Of a stretch of 64,000 nt of DNA, positions 55,954 to 64,000 are shown piece by piece (within the stretch, counting starts at the first letter, position 1; the number at the start of each line of letters is the position of its first letter). The translations under genes and the position numbers were made by a program. The stretch is from the human T2T-CHM13v2.0 reference genome, Homo sapiens. Location: the NCBI RefSeq assembly GCF_009914755.1, contig NC_060930.1; one strand, 5' to 3'. Under the pieces are notes generated by a model, which saw only the letters and a program-made list of their open reading frames with translations, was not told where the DNA came from and did not search any database.

Positions 55954-58637
55954 GGGTGAGAGTGGCCAAGATGGCCAACTAGAAGCAGCTAGTGTACATG
56001 GCTTACATGGAGAGGAATGGGAGAGGAAAGTAAATATAGCACCTTTGACTGAAACATCCAGGTACTCATATTGGGACTAATCAAGGAAACAACTCAACCC
56101 ATAGAGAACAGAGAAAAGCAAAGCAGAACAACAGCCCACCTGGGAGTGACATGGAGCCAAGGGAAACTCCCCTGCCCAGGGAAGTGGTGAGTGAATGTGC
56201 GACCCCAGCTTCTCCCATGGATCTTTGCAAGCCTCAGATCAGGAGATGCCCTCATGAACCCACTCCACCAGGGCCTTCAGTCTGACACACAGAGATACAT
56301 GGTGTCTCAGCAGAGCAGTTGCCCAGGCACACATGGAGATCTGGGAGCTTTACATACTCTGGCTTTCCCGGCTTCCCAGCAAAAGTAGCTGCAACTCTAG
56401 CAAAGTGGGAGGTTAGACCTCCATAAATACCCCTAGGAAATAAGCTGAATCCAGGGGGCCAAACAGTGACAGTCTGTGGGCCCCACTTCCACAGTGCCTC
56501 ACAGGTTAAGACCCACTTACTTGGAATTCCAAGCAGCCACTGGTAGCAGTGTTGTGCCTCCCCCCGTCAGTGTTCTCTGGCCTGCAGGAGACTTGAAAAC
56601 TCCCTGGGACAGAGCTCCTAGGATGAGGGGCAAGAATCCATCTTTGCTGTTAGGGCAACTAAGCAGTTTCAGCCTTTGGGCTTTGGAGAGTCCAAGCTGA
56701 CCAGGGGTGGAAGTGGTACCCTAGCACAGCACATCTGCTCTACGGAAACATGGCCAGACTACTTTTTAAAGTGGGCCCCTGATCTCATTCCTCCTTACTG
56801 GGTGGGGGGTCTCCAGCCACCTCTTACAGATGCATTCAGATGAGCAACAGGTCAGTACCTCCCTGGTACAGAGCTCCCAGATGGAGAAGCAGGCTGCCTT
56901 CTTTCTGTTTTGCAGCCTTCACTGGTGATACCTCCAGGTACTGGAACATCTGAGGTGACTAGGGACTGGAGCAGATCCCCAGCATGCCACAGCAGTCCTA
57001 TGGAAAGGAGGCCAGACTGTTACCTGGGTGCCCATTCCCATATCTCCTCACGAGGTAGGTCCTCCAGGTCTGGGCCTCTAGCCACCTCCCACCAGAGCTG
57101 TTGAGCCAGTAGCAACTCGGCAAGTCCCTGGACAGAGCCTCCAGGAACAACTGAAACCTCTCTGCCACTGCCTCTTCAGTGGAGCTGTCCTTGCTACCCT
57201 TGGGCTGAGGAAGAAGCATATCATTACCATAAGTGCCTTATCTACACCTCCAAAAAGCTGCCATCCACCCAAAGAGAGGAGTCCAGTCTGTCTCCGACAT
57301 GTGCCACACCTCCCCCCGCAAGTGCTCATCACCAGACAGGGAGCTTCTAGCCTGGGCTCACAACATAGACCCTCCATCCTGGGATGATTGCACTGAACAA
57401 TTGCTGACCCACATCTCTCTGGGGTGGAGACCCCAGGAGACAAGCAAATGTGGGGCAGCAAGCCAGCTAATGTGGAGCCCAGAGGGTTTGGTGTGGCAGC
57501 ATCTGTAGCAGAGCGTGGCCAGGGATGGTCATTCCTCTAGGCTAGACTTGCTCCCATGAGACTTTAGCCATAGAGGAACTGCCAGACCTGATCTCTGCAG
57601 GGTGGTCTTTCACATCAGACAAGGTTGGTCCAACCTGAGCACTCCTCGGTCTGTTGGCCTCTCCTGGCATGCCTGCTTACAAGGCAGTCTTGGGTGCCTT
57701 GGGATTCTATACCATAACTTCTGCACCAGTGGACCACTGGTGAAGAGCTCCAGCAAGGCAGCCCCTACAGCTGCACACCAGCCTGCACATTCCCTCCCCA
57801 TACTTCAGCTTCCCCTGAGCCCATGGCAACTCCCCACATCACTTTGCTGGTGCATGTCTTCACTGGTGAGTTTTCTTTACTTGCCCCACCAGCATGCAGG
57901 AGTGCAGTATGCCCCCCTACCCCTGCTGACCACCATTACAGACAGAGCCTCGGCAGGCACAGGGCCTGCAAGCCCCACCACCACCAGTGCCCCACCTTTA
58001 CGCTAATGCTATGCAGAGAAAAGAGGATCCTCTCATACCTTGAGTGATCACTCATGCTTTCAGGGCACAGAGAAGGCACCCAGACCTGTGCTGGCCAGCA
58101 CCCTGCCCCAAGCCAACACCACCTCCAGTGCAACATTGCTCACTGTCTCCAGCAGGGGCCCCCACTTCCCCCCAGCTGCCTTGCCTCTGCCACTGTGGTG
58201 AATGACCGCAGGGAGGCAGGCACCCTTGCATCTGCTAGCACTGCTGCCACACCTTGATACCCCCAGTGCAGTAGACCTGATACCTCGAGGAGCCGGAGAA
58301 CAAAGTTGGGGACCAATAGAAGTCACCCAGAGGTAGCGCACACAGTCCAGGAGTTGGGAGTTGAGTGTTGGCCCCCTAAAATCTCTCAGAAATGAAGTCA
58401 GTTAGCTGAATCCACCTTTTTCTACAATCAAACCCTCAAGGTTATCAAATAGGATAAAACAAAAGAAAACATTCCAAAGGTCAGCAACCTCAAAGACTGA
58501 AGATAGTTAAGCCCACAAAGATAAGAAAGACATAGTGGAAGGATGCTGAAAAAGGCCAGAGTGCCTTCTTTCCTCCAAATGACCACATCACATCTCCAGC
58601 AAGGGTTTGGAAACAAGCCAGAAGAGATTATGGATCA

Positions 58638-58976
<339 letters not shown>

Positions 58977-60962
58977 TCAGAATTTCATATCCGGCAAACT
59001 AAGCTTCAGAAAAGCAAATGCTGAGGGAATTTGCTACCACCAGACCTGCTTTACAAGAGCTCCTGAAGGAAGCACTATATATGGAAAGGAAAGATCATTA
59101 CCAGCCACTACAAAAACACACTGAAGTACAGAGACCAGTGACACTATAAAGCAACCACATAAATAAGTCTGCAAAATAACCAGCTAACATCATGATGACA
59201 GGATCAAATTCACACCTATCAATACTGATCTTAAATGTAAATGAGCTAAATGCCCCAATGAGAAGACTCGAGAGTGGCAAGCTGGATAAAGAACCAAGAC
59301 CCATTATTATGCTGTCTTCAAGAGATGCATCTCACATGTAATGATACACATAGGCTCAAAATAAAGGGATGGAGGAAAATTTATCAAGCAGATGGAAAGC
59401 AGAAAATACTCAGTGGTTGTAATCCTAGTTTCTGACAAAACGACTTTAAAGCAACAAAGATCAAAAAAGACAAAGAGAGGTATTATGTAATGGTAAAGGG
59501 TTCAATTCAACAAAGAGATCTAACTACTCTAAATATATATGTACCCAACACAGGAGTACACAGATTCATAAAGCAACCTCTTACAGACCTTCAAAGAGAC
59601 TTAGACTCCCACACAATAATAGTGGGAGACTTTAACACACCATTGACAATATTAGACAAATCATCAAGATAGAAAATTAACAAAGATATCCAGGACCTGA
59701 ACTCAGCACTGGATCAAATGGACCTGGCAGATATCTACAGAAATCTACACCTAAAAAACAATAGAATATACATTCTTCTCATTGCTGCACTGCACATACT
59801 CTAAAATTAATCACATAATCGGAAGTAAAACACTCTTCAGGAAATGCAAAAGAATGGAAATCATAACGAAGAGTCTCTCAGACCGCAGCACAATCAAATT
59901 AGAAATAAAGACTAAGAAATGTACTCAAAACCATACAATTACATGTAAATTGAATAACCTGCTCCTGAGTGACTTTGGGGTAAATAATGAAATTAAGGCA
60001 GAAATGAATAAGTTATTTGAAACTAATGAGGTCAAAGATACAACATATCAGAATCTCTGGAACACAGATAAGGCAGTGTTAAGAGGGAAATTTATAGCAC
60101 CAAATGCCCACATCAAAAAGTTAGAAAAATCTCAAGTTAACAACCTAAAATCACAACTAAAACAAGTCCCAAAGATAGCAGAAGACAAGAAATAACCAAA
60201 ATCAGAGCTGAGAGCTGAACTGAAGGAGATTGAGGAAATAAAAACCATTCAATAGATCAATGAATGCAGGAGCTGGTTTTTGAAAACATTAATAAAATAG
60301 TTAGACCACTAACTAGACTAACAAAGAAGAAAAGAGAGATGATTCACATAAAAATAATGAGAAACAAACAGTGGGATATTACCGCTGACCCCACAGAAAT
60401 ACAAAAAAATATCAGAGGATATTGTGAACACCTCCATGCACATAAACTAGAAAATCTAGATGAAATGGATAAATTCTTGGACACATACATGCTCCCAAGA
60501 CTGAACCAGGAAGAAACTGAACCCCTGAAGAGACCAATCCTGAGCTCTAAAATTGAGGGAATAATAAATAGCCTACCAACTAAAAAAAGTCCAGGACCAG
60601 ACGGCTTCACAGCTGAATTATACCAGATGCACAAAGAAGAGCTGGTACCATTCCTACTGAAACTATTCCAAAAAATGGAGGAGGAGGGACTCCTCCTCCC
60701 TAATTCATTCTATGAGGCCAGCATCATCCTGATACCAAAACCTGACAAAGAAACAACGAAAAAAGAAAGCTTCAGGCAAATATCCTTGATGAACAATAAT
60801 GCAAAAATCCTGAACAAAATACTGGCAAATCAAACCCAGCAGCACATCAGTTAGCTTATCCACCATGATCAAGTAGTTTTGATTCCTGGGATGCAAGGTT
60901 GGTTCAACATATGCAAATCAATAAATGTGATACATCACATAAACAGAACTAAAAACAAATCC

Positions 60963-61229
60963 ATAATTTAAAGCTGTTAACTGATCATTTCCCCCCCAAG
61001 TTCTCTATTGCACTTAAAGGCAAACAAAACCCTTACATTCTTTATTGTCACTAACAGTAATCTATAAAAGCAGCTACTTGGTCATCTAAAGCCTTGTCTC
61101 TGATAGACAGTTCACAAGTGAAATTTAAGTAACTATTTTCTCACTGCATGCGACAAGCTACCAGTGCCTCTTTAGCATTGGAAATAAGGTCATTTTAAAT
61201 GTATCAGATCTGAGAACCTATTCAAGCTA
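60963..61229 (+). repeat. Direct-orientation copy of 55110-55379 inserted in L1 ORF2
   Basis: Manual alignment, about 31 substitutions and 2 indels over ~265 bp. Confidence 0.95.
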
Positions 61230-61412
61230 AATAGATACAGAAAAGGCTTTCAATAAAATTCAAATCCATTCATGTTAAAAACTCTCAATACACTAGGTAT
61301 TGAAGGAACATAACTCAAAATAATAAGAGCCATCCATGACAAACCCACTGCCAACATCATATTGAAATGGCAAAAGCTGTAAACATTGCCCTTGAAAACT
61401 GGCACGAGATAA

Positions 61413-61728
<316 letters not shown>

Positions 61729-61783
61729 TAAAATACCTGGGAATATAGCTAACCAGGGAGGTGAAAGGTCTCTACAAGAACTA

Positions 61784-62162
<379 letters not shown>

Positions 62163-62338
62163 TCAATATCATTAAAATGGCCGTACTGCCCAAAGCAATT
62201 TATAGATTTAATGCTATTCCTATTGAACTGCCATTGAGATTCTTTACAGAACTAGATAAAACTATTTTAAAATTCATATGGAATAAAAAACAAGCTTGAA
62301 TAGCCAAGGCGATTCTAAGCAAAAAGAATGAAGCTGGG

Positions 62339-62621
62339 GGTTGGGCACAGTGGCTCACGCCTGTAATCCTAGCACCTTGGGAGGCCAAGGCAGGTGGCCA
62401 AGGCAGGCTGAGGCTGAGGTCAAGAATTTAAGACCAGTCTGGCCAACATAGTGAAACCTCATCTCTACTAAAAATACAAAAATTAGCTGGGCATGGTGGC
62501 GGGTGCCTGTAATCCCAGCTACTAGGGAGGCTGAGGCAGGAGAATTGCTTGAACCAAGGAGGCAGAGATTGCAATGAGAGAGCAAAAACTCCGTCTCAAA
62601 AAATAATAATAATAATAACAC
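62339..62621 (+). mobile_element. AluS with internal duplication and deletion
   Basis: TSD aaagaatgaagctgg; ggccaaggcagg occurs twice; right arm shortened. Confidence 0.9.
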
Positions 62622-64000
62622 AAAGAATGAAGCTGGAGTGATCATACCATCTGACCTCAAGCTATACTACAGGATTATAGTAACCAAAACAGCATGGTAC
62701 TGATACAAAAACAGACACATACATAAGTGGAACAGAATTGAGAACCCAGAAATAAGACCACACACCTACAACTATCTGATCTTCTACAAACCTGACAAAA
62801 ACAAGCAATGGGGAGAGGATTCCATATTCAATAAATGGTGCTGGGATAACTGGTAGCCATATGCAGACTAAAACCAAACTCCTTCCTTACACCGTGTACT
62901 AAAAGTAACTCGAGATGGATTAAAGACTTAAATGTAAAACCCAAAACTATAAAAACCCTAGAAGACAATGAAGGCTATACCATTCAGAACATAGGCATGA
63001 GCAGAGATTTCATGACAAAGATGCCAAAAGCAATTGCAACAAAAACAAAAATTGACAAATAGGATCTAATTAAACTAAAGAACTTCTGCCCAGCAAAAGA
63101 AACTATCAACACAGTAAACAGACAATCTAGAGAATGGGAGAAAATTTTTGCAAACTATGCATCCAACAAAGGTCTAATATCCAGCATCTGTACAGAAGTT
63201 AAACAAATTTACAAGAAAAAAAAACATTAAAAAGTGGGCAAAGGACATGAACAGACACTTCTCAAAAGAAGACATACAGGTGGTCAGCATCATATGAAAA
63301 AAAGCTCAACATCATTTTTCATTAAAGAAATGCAAATCAAAACAACAATGAGATACCATCTCACACCAGTCAGAATGGCTATTACTAAAAAGTCAAAAAA
63401 TAACCGATGTTGATGAGGTTGTGGAGAAAGAGGAACTTATACACTGTTGGTGGGAGCAGAAATTATTTCAACCATTGTGGAAGACAGTGTGGCGATTCCT
63501 CAGAGACCTAAAGACAGAAATACCATTCGACCCAGCAATACCATTACTGGGTATATACCCAAAGGAATATAAATCATTATATTATAAAAAGACACATGCA
63601 TGCATATTTTCATTGCAGCACTATTCACAATAGCAAAGACATGGAATCAACCTAAATGCCCATCAATGATAGACTTGATAAAGAAAATGTGGTACATATG
63701 CACCACAAAATACTATGCAGCCATTAAACAGAATGAGATCATATCATTTGCAGGGACATGGATGGAGCTGGAGCCCATTATCCTTAGCAAACTAATACAG
63801 GAACAGAAAACCAAATACTGCATGTTCTCACTTATAAGTGGGAGCTAAATGATGAGAACATGTGGATACAAAGAGGGAAACAACACACACTGGGACCTAT
63901 CAGAGAATGGAGGGTAGGAGGAGGGAACGGATCAGAAAAAATAACTAATGGGTACTAGGCTTAATACCTGGGTGATGAAGTAATCTGTACCACAAACCCC

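Noticed and set aside
55874-58341. Dense short ORFs in GC-richer DNA
   Set aside because: L1 5'UTR; higher GC lowers stop-codon frequency
59490-60854. ORFs with endonuclease/RT motifs (up to 196 aa)
   Set aside because: Fragments of decayed L1 ORF2 broken by stops, frameshifts and insertions; not a functional gene

Overview
Human (primate) AT-rich, gene-poor genomic DNA made up mostly of nested interspersed repeats. These are L1 elements of several ages, about a dozen Alus, L2/MIR/L3, MER DNA transposons, MaLR/ERVL LTRs and a truncated ERVL provirus. I can support no intact protein-coding gene, RNA gene or CRISPR array. The longer ORFs in the track are L1 ORF2 remnants, Alu/L2 frames or chance ORFs. 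I do not see a convincing new biological system. The most interesting signals are rearrangements and captures. (1) An antisense fragment resembling APOA4 coding sequence sits inside an ERVL LTR (55741-55910). (2) A ~265 bp copy of nearby ERVL DNA (55110-55379) is pasted into L1 ORF2 ~5.8 kb downstream (60963-61229). (3) A very young AluYd-lineage element has intact CpGs (10323-10610). (4) Two L1s carry 5' inversions, one a ~200 bp mini-element and one ancient. (5) One target site was used twice, giving a triple target-site duplication. (6) A 37 nt micro-retroinsertion has a 17 bp target-site duplication. There are also weak candidate non-coding exons and enhancer-like motif clusters. Repeat subfamily names come from recalled consensus features, not from an alignment run, and boundaries of old repeats are approximate.
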